Origin: Trueperaceae bacterium
GTDB taxonomy: Bacteria; Deinococcota; Deinococci; Deinococcales; Trueperaceae
Direction: 5' to 3'
Assembly (NCBI GenBank): GCA_965215565.1
Contig: CBDCDZ010000004.1
Location: 1,920,001 to 1,984,000, forward strand
DNA length: 64,000 nt
Shown here: in pieces, positions 48,259-57,943 of the stretch
Position numbering within the stretch: the first letter of the stretch is position 1
Layout of the letters: each line of letters opens with the position of its first letter
Made by a program: the position numbers and the translations under genes
The notes under the pieces: model-generated
Told to the model about the DNA's origin: nothing
The model's database searches: none
Seen by the model: only the letters and a program-made list of their open reading frames with translations

Positions 48259-50655
48259 GTGAATTTTATCCTTTTTAATGCACCCTGGGCGCTGCTCGCG
48301 CTGCTCGCCTTGCCCCTCTTGCCGCGCAAGGAGGCGTGGGGGTGGCGCTACGGGGCGCTCGCCCTGCTCGTACTCGCGCTGGCGCAGCCCGCTATCCTGA
48401 GACCAAGCGAGCGCGTGGCGGTGCTCGTGGACGTGTCACAGAGCGTGGGGGAGCGCGGTGTAGAGGCGCTCAGGGCGTTCGACTTCGGGCGGCTCGAAGC
48501 TCCCCCCACGATTTTTACCTTCGCGGGCGACACCATGCGCACCGAGAACGCACCGAGCGCGCAAAACCTCGCCCAAAACCTCTCTGAGGGCGCGCAGACG
48601 GACCTCGCGCGCGCGCTCCAAGTCGCCGCCGCTTCGGGCGCGGGGCGCGCGCTGCTGATCAGCGACGGCGCGCAGTCGCGCGGCGACGCGCGGCTCGCCC
48701 TGCCCGGCTTTCCGGTTGACACGTACCGCACCGCCGAGCAGAGCAACGTGCGTTTAGTGAGCCTGCTCGCCCCCGAGCAGGTGAGCCCCGGCGAGACCGT
48801 CGAGGTCATCGCCGTCGTGGAAAGCGACCGCGCGGCGGAGGTGACGCTCCAGGCGCGCGTCAACGAGACCGCTCTGGACCCTCTTCGCGCCTCGGTGGAC
48901 GCGGGGCGCACGCCGCTACGCTTCTCGCTGCCCGTCGGCGAAGAGGGAAATTTAAGCGTAGACGCGCGCCTGGAGGTGGGCTTCGCTCAGCCCACTGCGG
49001 ACGATACGCAGCGCCTGAACATCGCCGTCGCCGAGGAGGAGCCCGTCTTGGTAATTGATGATCCCGCGACGGCGACGCTTTTGGAGACGCAGGGCTTCGC
49101 GGTGACGCGCGGCGAGCCGAGCGACGTCACGACGCCCCTCAACTACAGCGCCATCGTGCTGCGGGGGGGCGCGGAGCCCTTCACGCCGGGGCAACTCACC
49201 CTTTTAGAGCGCTTTGTGAGCGACGGCGGCGGGCTCATGATGACGGGCGGACCCGAGAGCTTCGGGCTCGGCGCGTGGTACCGCACGCCTGTCGAGGACG
49301 TGCTACCCGTCAACACCGACTTACGCACGAACGTCGAGCTGCCCCTCGTCGCGATGGTCATCGTCTTAGACCGCTCGCAGTCGATGAGCACGGGCAACCC
49401 GAGCAAGATTGACCTCGCCAAAGAGGGCGCGATCGGCGTCGTCGAACTCGCCTACGAGCAAGACCTCTTGGGGCTCATCACCTTTAGCGACGAGCCGGAG
49501 TGGGCGTTTCGGCTCCGCGAGGCGACGTCGCAGGGCAAGCGGGAGATGTTAGACGCGGTTTTGAGCATACCCACGCAGGGCGGCACCGTTTTAGAGCCCG
49601 CCTACCAAGATGCGCTCGCCTCGTTACGTGACAGCGACGCCGCCATTAAGCACGTAATCATCCTCTCGGACGGGCGGCTCAACGACGGGCGCGGTCCCTT
49701 TAGCAGCAGTCCGGGCTTAAACTTCACGACGTTGGCGCAGCAGGGCGCGGCGGACGGCATCACCACCTCGGCCATCGCCATCGGCGACGGCGCGGACTTC
49801 GCCCGCTTGGAGAGCATTGCCGAGGCGGGCGAGGGGCGCTACTACGCGGCGCTCGACGTGAGCACGCTGCCGCGCATTTTCACGAGCGAGGCGCTGACCG
49901 CCACCCGCTCGCTACTGCGCGAAGACCCGCTGCGCCCGACGCCCCGCGCCCATCCTCTAGCGCCAAATCTGAGTGCGCCACCGACTGTCGGCGCGTACGT
50001 CGCGAGTTCGCTCAAGCCGGACGGCGAACTTATCCTAGAGGGCGCGAACGGCGAGCCCATCTTGGCGGTGAGCCGCCAGGGACTCGGACGCAGCGCCGCG
50101 CTGACCACGGATCTCAACACCTTCGCAGGTGACTTTGCAAGTTGGAACGCGCTCCCCGGCGTGCTCGGCACCTTGACGCGCTGGTTGCAGGCGCGCCCGG
50201 CGGAGTACTCGGCGACGGTGACGCCAGAAGGGGGCGGGCTCGATGTGGTTGTGGACGCCGTCAAAGACGGCGAATACATCAACGACGAGCGGCTCTCGGT
50301 GCGCTATAACGGCGCGGAACAAATCCTGGAGCAAGTCGCGCCGGGACGCTACGAAGGGCGCTTGGACACGCCCGCCGAGGGCGGCACGCTGCTGGTCTCG
50401 AGCGGCGGCGAGGTCAAGGCTAGGGCCCAAGTCAGAGACCCTAAAGGCGAATTCAACATGAGCGGCGCGGAGAGCTTGTTGCGTGATTTGTCTGGGCGCA
50501 GCGGCGGCGAGGTCATCGAAGAGGCGGGCGTGTACGCCCCCGACATGCCGAGACAGCGCACCGCCATCTGGCACTGGCTGGCCGCGCTCGGCTTAGGGAT
50601 GTTCATGCTCGAGCTGCTCCTCCGCCGCTTCGGGCTGGCTACCGGAAGAGGTTAG
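48259..50655 (+). CDS. Membrane-anchored protein with two VWA domains and a GATase1-like segment
   Basis: MIDAS motifs 'DVSQSV' and 'DRSQSM', 'SDG', 'GGGLMMTGGPESFG'; terminal TMs. Confidence 0.85.
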   Translation: MNFILFNAPWALLALLALPLLPRKEAWGWRYGALALLVLALAQPAILRPSERVAVLVDVSQSVGERGVEALRAFDFGRLEAPPTIFTFAGDTMRTENAPSAQNLAQNLSEGAQTDLARALQVAAASGAGRALLISDGAQSRGDARLALPGFPVDTYRTAEQSNVRLVSLLAPEQVSPGETVEVIAVVESDRAAEVTLQARVNETALDPLRASVDAGRTPLRFSLPVGEEGNLSVDARLEVGFAQPTADDTQRLNIAVAEEEPVLVIDDPATATLLETQGFAVTRGEPSDVTTPLNYSAIVLRGGAEPFTPGQLTLLERFVSDGGGLMMTGGPESFGLGAWYRTPVEDVLPVNTDLRTNVELPLVAMVIVLDRSQSMSTGNPSKIDLAKEGAIGVVELAYEQDLLGLITFSDEPEWAFRLREATSQGKREMLDAVLSIPTQGGTVLEPAYQDALASLRDSDAAIKHVIILSDGRLNDGRGPFSSSPGLNFTTLAQQGAADGITTSAIAIGDGADFARLESIAEAGEGRYYAALDVSTLPRIFTSEALTATRSLLREDPLRPTPRAHPLAPNLSAPPTVGAYVASSLKPDGELILEGANGEPILAVSRQGLGRSAALTTDLNTFAGDFASWNALPGVLGTLTRWLQARPAEYSATVTPEGGGLDVVVDAVKDGEYINDERLSVRYNGAEQILEQVAPGRYEGRLDTPAEGGTLLVSSGGEVKARAQVRDPKGEFNMSGAESLLRDLSGRSGGEVIEEAGVYAPDMPRQRTAIWHWLAALGLGMFMLELLLRRFGLATGRG

Positions 50656-50664
50656 CGGATAATA

Positions 50665-51843
50665 TTACTCCTCGGCGTCACGGTTGGATACGGGCTCGTC
50701 CACCTCGACTTTCATCACCTCGCGCAGCACGTTCGTTGCGAAGGAGCCTTTGGGCAGAAAGAACGACACCCAGTAACCGTCCTCAGTCGGCTCCACCTCG
50801 ACTTCACTGAGCGTAACGCGGGTGATGCGCCTCGAGCCCTTGCGACTCCGAAAGTCCAACCAGCGCAGCCCGAAGTGCGCCAAGACCTCTTCCTCCAACG
50901 CGCCCGCCTCTCCCCCGCTCACGCGCACCTTTTTGCCGTAAAGGGGCTGCGTCGCGCTGATCTCTAACCGCGCCGCCCGCGCGTTCTCCACCTCTTCATC
51001 CTCCACCCTAAAAACGCCGCCCGTGTCGTGCTTCTTCGCCCAGTCGCCCGCTAGCACGCGCCCGTAAAGACCACGCTCGAGTCTCAGTTTGAGTCCGTAG
51101 TTGAAAAGCTGCGACTGCAAGGCGGAAACGAAAAAGCGCTTTAAGCGGTGACCCCCCGGCACCCAGCCACCGCGCACGAGCTTGAGCCCGTCCACCGCGT
51201 TGTTGCCGAAACGTCCGAAGCGCTGCGGTCCGAAGTAGTTGGGGACGCCGCTTTCTTGAAGTCGTTTCAGTGCCCGCCGCGCCCGCTCCGCCGCGTCAGG
51301 CGCAACAGGTGACGCATCCCGCACCCGCACCCGAAAGTGATTGCCGAGCAAGTGACCTATACCGAGCTTGTTCTTGTGGCGCGAGGTCTCTAAAACGCGC
51401 ACACCCGCCACCTCATCTAACGCCTCCAACGCCGCAGCAAAACGGTTCGGCACGCTCAGCCATTGCCGCGTCAGCGCGTGCTTGTCTTTAAGCCCCGCCA
51501 CCCCGATCTGCTTCTCCTCCAAGCCCGCCTGCTGCAAGGCAACTACCAAGTCTCTCGTGGTGAGGCTGCGTTTTTCAACCAAGGCGTAGGCGTGCGAGCC
51601 GTTCCCGTCCGGTAGGTAGAGAGGTCTTTCGGTGACGATGAAGTCTTCGGGGAGGTGGCGGACGCTGCCCCCGGTGCCGGGAACGTCGCGGCTCACTTCG
51701 GGCAGGTCCGCCCAGCGGAAGCGGAGCTTGGCGACCTCTTCGGGCGTGAGACCAGCGCTCCCCTCCCCTATTCCGTCTCGGTTCACTTTGGGTGAATCTG
51801 CAGACGGTCCTACTTCGGCCTCGTCCACCTCAGAAGGAGACAT
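50665..51843 (-). CDS. truD: tRNA pseudouridine(13) synthase
   Basis: 'PEDFIVTE', 'AGLKDKHALTRQ', 'PNYFGPQRFG', 'LPKGSFAT'. Confidence 0.95.
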   Translation of the reverse strand: MSPSEVDEAEVGPSADSPKVNRDGIGEGSAGLTPEEVAKLRFRWADLPEVSRDVPGTGGSVRHLPEDFIVTERPLYLPDGNGSHAYALVEKRSLTTRDLVVALQQAGLEEKQIGVAGLKDKHALTRQWLSVPNRFAAALEALDEVAGVRVLETSRHKNKLGIGHLLGNHFRVRVRDASPVAPDAAERARRALKRLQESGVPNYFGPQRFGRFGNNAVDGLKLVRGGWVPGGHRLKRFFVSALQSQLFNYGLKLRLERGLYGRVLAGDWAKKHDTGGVFRVEDEEVENARAARLEISATQPLYGKKVRVSGGEAGALEEEVLAHFGLRWLDFRSRKGSRRITRVTLSEVEVEPTEDGYWVSFFLPKGSFATNVLREVMKVEVDEPVSNRDAEE

Positions 51844-51846
51844 CCC

Positions 51847-52512
51847 CTACACCTTGTCCGCGTCGTGCGCTTCTAAGTGCTCTTGCATGAGCCGCTGCGC
51901 TAACTCGAAGCGCCCCACGAGCGAGTCCACCTCTAAGAGCTGCTGGCGCTCGGGCGAGGGGACGCGCATGTTGGCGCAGATAAAAGAGGCTTGGTACAAG
52001 AGGTCGTCGGGCAGGGCCTCCTCGATCTGCTTCAGAGCGTCGAAGGCGAAAAAGGTCTGCGCGTAGCTGCGGAAGGTGTCGAGCGTGTCCCAGGCGCTCA
52101 CGCGCTCGACGTTGGGGTCGTCGCGTCTGAGCGCTTCGGGCTTGTCCTCACTGTAGTAGAGGTAGCGCGTCGAGCCGTCCGCCTCGGTCACGGCGAGCTG
52201 GTCCGCGAGTTCGATGCGGCAGCGTTCTTGACCGTGCGTCAGGATGTTGTAGCTTCCATCAGGATTCTCAGAAACGGACAAGATGTCGACAAAGGTGCCG
52301 ATGTCGTGAGTCACCGGTAGGATAGCGTCGTCCAGAGAATCCCTCAAAACCGGAACGTTCTCTCTGGCGAGCACGATGACGAGCCGCTGCTGGTTGCTCT
52401 CGACGCAGTCTTTGACCATCCGCTTGTAGCGCTCCTCGAAGATGTAGAGCGGCAGCGTCATTCCGGGAAAGACCACCGTCTCAGGTAGGGGGAAGAGCGG
52501 GAGTTTAGCCAT
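51847..52512 (-). CDS. Stand-alone Lon N-terminal (substrate-binding) domain protein
   Basis: 'LPLFPL...VVFPGMTLPLYIFEERY', 'RQQLLE'. Confidence 0.88.
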   Translation of the reverse strand: MAKLPLFPLPETVVFPGMTLPLYIFEERYKRMVKDCVESNQQRLVIVLARENVPVLRDSLDDAILPVTHDIGTFVDILSVSENPDGSYNILTHGQERCRIELADQLAVTEADGSTRYLYYSEDKPEALRRDDPNVERVSAWDTLDTFRSYAQTFFAFDALKQIEEALPDDLLYQASFICANMRVPSPERQQLLEVDSLVGRFELAQRLMQEHLEAHDADKV

Positions 52513-52742
52513 GTATTTACGGTAGCAAGAAGTCTCAGAAAAGAGTGCAAGGTATGCGGTATTTAAGGAGAGGTTACAGTTCAATAGGAAAAGTAAAGCC
52601 TCTGGAAGGGCGTTCCCGGTCTAAAAAAGGTAAACTCGAGCCGAGGCAGCGAGGGGTGGGGCGAGACCTGGGGCCACCACAATCCTCATCGCAAAGATGT
52701 TCAGATAAAAGCGGCTTCATCCGAAGATAAAGCCGCTCAACT

Positions 52743-52818
52743 TGGCGGAGCCGACGGGATTTGAACCCGCGACCTTCTGCGTGACAGGCAGATATGCTAA
52801 CCGCTACACTACGGCTCC
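52743..52818 (-). tRNA. tRNA-Asp (GTC)
   Basis: GGAGCCGTAGTGTAGCGG...CT-GTC-AC...GGTTCAAATCCC...GGCTCCGCCA; 76 nt with encoded CCA. Confidence 0.97.
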
Positions 52819-52835
52819 ACGCTCTGCAAGACATC

Positions 52836-52865
52836 AGTATAGAGGGTGTGAGCGAGGCTTGTCAA
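52836..52865 (-). promoter_or_regulatory. Sigma70-type promoter of tRNA-Asp
   Basis: TTGACA (52865-52860), 18 bp spacer, TATACT (52841-52836). Confidence 0.75.
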
Positions 52866-53040
52866 TACAGCGCCGAATAGGTGGAGACGCGCTGGGTAAC
52901 GTCACGGCGGATTGGAGGTCTTCACAGTTTTGAGGTATCAGCCGAGCAGGTGTTGCATTGAGGACGCGGTTCGCTTCTTAGGGGACGGGGCGCGGGTGAC
53001 GATTCAGGAACAGTTCTTTATAGTGAATATTTTGTTCAAG

Positions 53041-53075
53041 AAGTCGAATCTCTGAGTGCCTAAGAGGTTCGACTT
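53041..53075 (-). terminator. Hairpin downstream of the AIPR gene
   Basis: AAGTCGAATCTCT / AGAGGTTCGACTT stem. Confidence 0.55.
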
Positions 53076-53106
53076 CAATTGGAACTTTGTTACAGTTATA
53101 TTGAGC

Positions 53107-54285
53107 CTAATTTGGTTTCAGTAGAAGCTCGAGAGCAACGGTTTTGTATAAATTCTGCCAATGCGTATCATCCTTGCCTATTGCATTGGGATTTCTATCC
53201 CTAGAGTCACTAGTACTCTTGGTAGCCATAATGAGTTCAGCGCCAACTCTATCGAAAAATGCTTTAACTTCATCGAATGAGTTGAGCTTCCACGCAAAGT
53301 ATTCATCCTTGTCCTCAACAAGAAAGCGAAAGGCACCTAATATTGGATACAATGCGCCATCAGCAATGCGGTGACTTGCTTCTTCTTCGGTAAAGATGTA
53401 TCGATATTGACCTCTTTGCCGTGTTTGGAAGAAAGCTAATTTCAACGCTTTGCCGCCGTATTTCTTATTGTAAAGATCATTCGCTTTAAGCTGTACATAA
53501 TCATAGAGTTCCAAGATATCTCGGAGTATTGGTCTCAACTTCCTGTAACTTCTTTCATTGTCTTCATCTTCAAACTTACGTAGGCACTCTGCCTTACTTG
53601 TGTAAGCGATCTTAGGATGCCGTGAATCCGTTTCAGGAAAGAGTTCAATATTGAAAAGGGTAAGCAGTGCAATAATGTCTCGCACTGTGAAGCTTCCCGG
53701 AGCATTGTCTTTATAGGCAATTTCCTCACGGTAAGGAGTATGCGCCAACTCATCCTTAATCCAAGCAAATTTGTTACTTAGGTTATCTAACGACATCGGC
53801 GAAACCTGCACAGAGGTATTCAGTCCTTGAGCAATTGACTCAACTAAAAACTGAGGTGCACCAGTTAGCACCTCGAGTTTCACATATTGACCTTTAGGTA
53901 TTTCATCTCTATTTTCTTTAATGATGGTGTAAGTGTGACCACCATCAACTATTCCATCTCCGTCGCCAAAAGTTATAGTAACGGCCGATTTATTTGCATC
54001 AGGCTTGACCTTCTGAGCAAGAATGGTAATTCCCTTATTTTTTAGGTGAAAGGTTAAGTCGCTGCTGTCAATCAGACTTTTTCGAACTTCTTTATATAAC
54101 GTCTTGTTAGTCTTTTGGTCTCGAGGATTTGGATCGAGAGGAATATCGTCAGTAAGACTGCTAGCATCACAAATCAGGACATGATGCTCAATTTCGGACC
54201 TATCGTTATTGGCCCTGCTATCGCTTTTGTAGGGGTCTGGAAATCTACGGGCAGAAAAAGTGCGAACAGAAACTTCTTTCATCAT
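53107..54285 (-). CDS. AIPR-family (abortive-infection phage resistance, ParB-like) protein
   Basis: 'NPR', 'FHLKNKGITI', 'IVDGGHT', 'GLNTSVQV' match the AIPR core; markedly AT-rich. Confidence 0.8.
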   Translation of the reverse strand: MMKEVSVRTFSARRFPDPYKSDSRANNDRSEIEHHVLICDASSLTDDIPLDPNPRDQKTNKTLYKEVRKSLIDSSDLTFHLKNKGITILAQKVKPDANKSAVTITFGDGDGIVDGGHTYTIIKENRDEIPKGQYVKLEVLTGAPQFLVESIAQGLNTSVQVSPMSLDNLSNKFAWIKDELAHTPYREEIAYKDNAPGSFTVRDIIALLTLFNIELFPETDSRHPKIAYTSKAECLRKFEDEDNERSYRKLRPILRDILELYDYVQLKANDLYNKKYGGKALKLAFFQTRQRGQYRYIFTEEEASHRIADGALYPILGAFRFLVEDKDEYFAWKLNSFDEVKAFFDRVGAELIMATKSTSDSRDRNPNAIGKDDTHWQNLYKTVALELLLKPN

Positions 54286-54456
54286 TTTCTCTTTCTCTCT
54301 TTCAGTATCCACTGAAGAGTTAAGATGTAAGCGAATCCTCGCGCCAGCTATGAGCATATGTGATTTGTGAGCAAAAGTCAAATCTGATGAGAAGTTAAGC
54401 TCAGCACCTTTCGGATCAAACAGCTTCTCACGGCTCTGCGCTATGATGAAGCTACT

Positions 54457-54687
54457 ATGGAACCTGTAGAAGTCACCCTGCCCACGGAGCTTAAAGCTCG
54501 AGCCGAAATCTTAGCTCGAGAAGAGGGTGTTTCGTTAAATGAACTAATTCGCCAGTCTCTACGAGCCAAAGTCGAAAGTGCGCCAGATGTAAAGCGAGAC
54601 CCTTTTTTTGACGATCACGAAACCTTCGCTGGAGATGTGCCCGCTGACCTCGCTGCAAACCACGATAAGTATCTCTACGACGAGTGA
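54457..54687 (+). CDS. RHH/CopG-type antitoxin (VapB-like)
   Basis: 'VTLP..LKARAEILAREEGVSLNELIR'; C-terminal 'DLAANHDKYLY'. Confidence 0.85.
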   Translation: MEPVEVTLPTELKARAEILAREEGVSLNELIRQSLRAKVESAPDVKRDPFFDDHETFAGDVPADLAANHDKYLYDE

Positions 54688-55088
54688 TTTTTGTAGATAC
54701 AGGCGCTCTTTTAGCGCGTTACCTAGAGCGTGACCAGCACTACGAAGAAGCTATACATGTGTGGCAACAGCTAGCACAAAAAAGGCTGAGATTTTTTACC
54801 AGCAACTTCGTCTTGGATGAAACGCTCACACTGTTAGCTCGCCGCTCGAGCTACGCTTTCGCGGCCGCGAAAGCAAAAACTATTTATGCGTCTAACGCTT
54901 TTACTATTCTGCGCCCTTCTGCCGAAGATGAGCTAATCAGTTTAGACCTATTCGAAAAGTACGCCGATCAGAAGATAAGTTTTACAGACTGCACTTCCTT
55001 TACGCTTATGCGCAACGTCGGACTTAAACAGGTGTTCACCTTTGACAAACACTTTCACTACGCAGGATTTGAGGTCGTCTCTTCGTGA
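54684..55088 (+). CDS. vapC: PIN-domain toxin (VapC family)
   Basis: 'IFVDTGA', 'VLDET', 'SFTDCTSF', 'FTFDKHF'. Confidence 0.9.
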   Translation: MIFVDTGALLARYLERDQHYEEAIHVWQQLAQKRLRFFTSNFVLDETLTLLARRSSYAFAAAKAKTIYASNAFTILRPSAEDELISLDLFEKYADQKISFTDCTSFTLMRNVGLKQVFTFDKHFHYAGFEVVSS

Positions 55089-56434
55089 CGCGCGTCGCAG
55101 TCGTCGGCGGCGGCATCTCCGGGCTCACAGCGGCCTACTACCTCTCTAAACGTCCCGGCTTAGAGATCACCGTGCTCGAGCAATCCCCCCAACTAGGCGG
55201 CAAACTAGGCGTCAGCACCCCGCAGGGCTACACCGTGGACTGGGCGGCGAACGGCTTTTTGACGAACGTCACGGAGACTCTGGAGTTGGCTCGAGACTTA
55301 GGTTTAGAGGACGAGTTAGAGCCTGCCGCAGGCGCGGCGAAGTACCGCTTCCTCTACAAGGATGGCGAACTCAAACCGCTCCCTCTTTCGCTGCCAACCT
55401 TTTTCAAGTCCGACCTCTTGACGCCCATCGGCAAGGTGAGGGCGGCGTTGGAGCCCCTCTTAGGCAGACACGCCGAAACTGAGGAGAGCGTTTACGACTT
55501 CTTGAAGCGGCATTTCGGAAGGCAGTTCGCTGAGGTCTTTGCGGAGCCGTTTACGCTGGGAATCACTTCGGGTGACGCGAGGGAACTCAGCTTGGACGCA
55601 CTCTTTCCGCGTTTCAAAGCTCTGGAGCAGGAGCACGGCAGCTTGATTCGCGGGATGATGGCGGCGCAGAGGAGGGCGAAAAACGAGGGTAAGCCTAAAA
55701 GCCGCTTGACGAGCTTTCGCTCGGGCGGCGTCAACCGGCTCATCCGCGCGTTAGGTGACGCACTCGGTCAACGGGTGCGGCTCGGGGTGGGCGTGGAGAG
55801 GCTCGAGCCTCTCCACGAAGGGTACAGGCTCACCCTCTCTTCCGGTGAACCGCTGATGGCTGACGCGGTTGTTTTGGCGACGCCCGCGTACGTCACGGCG
55901 GGGTTGCTCGAGTTCATCCCTGAAGCGGCGAGCGAGCTAGGCAGGATTCCCTACGCCGACGTGCAGGTCTTCGGACTCGGCTATAACCGAGCGGACGTAC
56001 CGAACGCGCTAGAGGGTTTCGGCTTTCTCGCGCCGAGAGGTGAAGGGCTACGCGCCTTGGGCGTGCTCTACGGCTCATCCATCTTTCCGGGTCAAGCGCC
56101 CCAAGGAAGGGTCTTGCTGCGCGTGATCGCGGGCGGGAGCGTGGACCCTGAATTTTCGGAGTTGTCAGAAGGGGACATGCTTAGGGGCGTCAAACGAGAT
56201 TTAGAGGTCAGCTTGGGTATCTTCGCTGAGCCGGAGATGGTCACGCACATCCCTTGGGCGAAAGGTATCCCGCAGTACGAACTCGGTCACGGGGTCCGGG
56301 TGAAAACCATCATGCAAGAGGTGAGGTCGCAGCCGGGGCTATACCTCACAGGCAACGCCTATTACGGCGTCGGCGTGAACGACTGCGTGCGGGACGCGAA
56401 GCGGGTGGCGGCTGAGGTGTTGGGCTCGAGCTAG
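55085..56434 (+). CDS. hemY: HemY-type protoporphyrinogen/coproporphyrinogen oxidase
   Basis: 'GGGISGL' FAD motif, 'GFGFLAP', 'IPQY', 'GVGVNDC'. Confidence 0.9.
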   Translation: MTRVAVVGGGISGLTAAYYLSKRPGLEITVLEQSPQLGGKLGVSTPQGYTVDWAANGFLTNVTETLELARDLGLEDELEPAAGAAKYRFLYKDGELKPLPLSLPTFFKSDLLTPIGKVRAALEPLLGRHAETEESVYDFLKRHFGRQFAEVFAEPFTLGITSGDARELSLDALFPRFKALEQEHGSLIRGMMAAQRRAKNEGKPKSRLTSFRSGGVNRLIRALGDALGQRVRLGVGVERLEPLHEGYRLTLSSGEPLMADAVVLATPAYVTAGLLEFIPEAASELGRIPYADVQVFGLGYNRADVPNALEGFGFLAPRGEGLRALGVLYGSSIFPGQAPQGRVLLRVIAGGSVDPEFSELSEGDMLRGVKRDLEVSLGIFAEPEMVTHIPWAKGIPQYELGHGVRVKTIMQEVRSQPGLYLTGNAYYGVGVNDCVRDAKRVAAEVLGSS

Positions 56435-57219
56435 AGATTGCTCGAGAGAAATCCCAAAAGCTGCCGCCACGCGCGCCCTTGCGCGCCGCCTGCGCGGATG
56501 GGGTCAGAGGCGTTCACAAAGGCGTGACCGACGTTTTCGTAAACCGTGACCTCGTGCGGCACGCTCGCCTCCGCTAGCGCCGCCTCGAACGCGCGCACGC
56601 TCTCCACCGAAATCATGCCGTCTTCCGCGCCGAACACGCCCAAGACAGGTCCGGGCAGGGTGCGCAGCCGGGAGACGTCCGTCACTCTGTCGCCGTAGAA
56701 GTCGCCCGTCGCCGCGATGTCGGGGTTGTGAAAGCTGTACTCGAGCGCCACCCCGCCGCCGTAGCAAAAGCCGACGATGCCGACTCGTTCGGGAGCGACG
56801 CCAGGCTGCTCGGTCAGCCAAGTGTAGACGGCGTCCACGTCGGTATTGATCTGCTCCTGCGGCGTACGTACGGTTTGGTAGATCGCGGTGGGAATCCAGG
56901 TGGTGCTGCGCCCCCTAAAGGTGTCGGGCGCGACGACGACGTAGCCCTCTTGCGCCAGCGTTTCGGCTTTGCCCGTAATGTCCTCACGCAGCCCCCAAAA
57001 CTCGTGAACCATGATGACCGCGGGGAAGGGTCCTTCCCCTTCGGGGCGGGCGACGAAGGCGGCGATGTCGGGACCGTTGGGGTTGGAGATTTGCACGTTC
57101 GTGATCGCTTCTAGGTCGCCGCTCACCCACCAGCCCAAAGGGATGGAGAGGGCGACGCCGCCGACCAGGGCGACAACAGCGACGAGGAGACCCACAATGA
57201 TTCGTTTGAGTAACTTCAT
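56431..57219 (-). CDS. Dienelactone hydrolase family protein
   Basis: 'HEFWGL', nucleophile 'GFCYGG', 'GHAF'; N-terminal TM. Confidence 0.9.
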   Translation of the reverse strand: MKLLKRIIVGLLVAVVALVGGVALSIPLGWWVSGDLEAITNVQISNPNGPDIAAFVARPEGEGPFPAVIMVHEFWGLREDITGKAETLAQEGYVVVAPDTFRGRSTTWIPTAIYQTVRTPQEQINTDVDAVYTWLTEQPGVAPERVGIVGFCYGGGVALEYSFHNPDIAATGDFYGDRVTDVSRLRTLPGPVLGVFGAEDGMISVESVRAFEAALAEASVPHEVTVYENVGHAFVNASDPIRAGGAQGRAWRQLLGFLSSNL

Positions 57220-57230
57220 AATCCTGATTA

Positions 57231-57339
57231 TAGCGGTTGCAACTATGCTGAGTTTGAGCCACGTAAAGTACTACCGTCTGACGTGTGTTCAGAGAAGCTC
57301 GAGCACCTTAGAGCGCTTATGACCAGATGCTAGCTGCTA
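57231..57339 (-). mobile_element. Family A MITE filling most of a divergent promoter region
   Basis: TAGCGGTTGCAACTATGCTGAG...TATGACCAGATGCTAGCTGCTA. Confidence 0.65.
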
Positions 57340-57359
57340 CATAACGGTAGACTAACAAG

Positions 57360-57941
57360 ATGACAGGATATAGCGGGGTGGTCTTGGCGGGGGGGCTCTC
57401 GAGCCGCTTCGCCAGCAAGCGCAAGCCCGAGGACAAAGCTCGCTTCGTCTACCGGGACAAGCCTCTCGCGCAGTGGGCTTTGGAGAGCCTGGCGGGTGCC
57501 GGTGAGCGCTTTATCGTCGCCAACCGCGACTATCCCGAGTTCGGCGTGCCCGTCTACGCTGACCTCTTGCCCGGCGGCGGAAGTTTGAGCGGACTGCACG
57601 CCGCGCTGCACTTCGCTAAAGCGGACTGGGTAGCGCTCGCTGCGTGCGACATGCCCTTCCTGACCCCGGCGTACTGGGCACTCCTCTTGCAGCGCCGCCC
57701 CGAACATTCTAGCGCCGCACCCGTCGTTATCGGTAAGGGACCGAGCAATTCGTTCCAGCCCCTCGCAGCGCTCTACCACCGCTCGCTCCTGGAAAAAGTC
57801 GCGCACAACATACAGGCTGAGCGCCTGAGCCTACACCGCTTAGCGAGGGAAGAGGGCGCGGTCACGGTCCCTTGGCGAGAGCTGAGTCCTCTCGGCAAGG
57901 ACCTCTTCTTGAACGCAAACCGAAAAGACGATCTGCCCTGA
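57360..57941 (+). CDS. mobA: Molybdenum cofactor guanylyltransferase
   Basis: 'VLAGGLSSRF', 'DKA', 'ACDMPFL', 'PLAALY', 'FLNAN'. Confidence 0.9.
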   Translation: MTGYSGVVLAGGLSSRFASKRKPEDKARFVYRDKPLAQWALESLAGAGERFIVANRDYPEFGVPVYADLLPGGGSLSGLHAALHFAKADWVALAACDMPFLTPAYWALLLQRRPEHSSAAPVVIGKGPSNSFQPLAALYHRSLLEKVAHNIQAERLSLHRLAREEGAVTVPWRELSPLGKDLFLNANRKDDLP

Positions 57942-57943
57942 GT

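Noticed and set aside
52743..55088. tRNA-integrated genomic island or prophage
   Set aside because: The AT-rich genes lie on the 5' side of tRNA-Asp. I saw no integrase and no duplicated tRNA 3' end.
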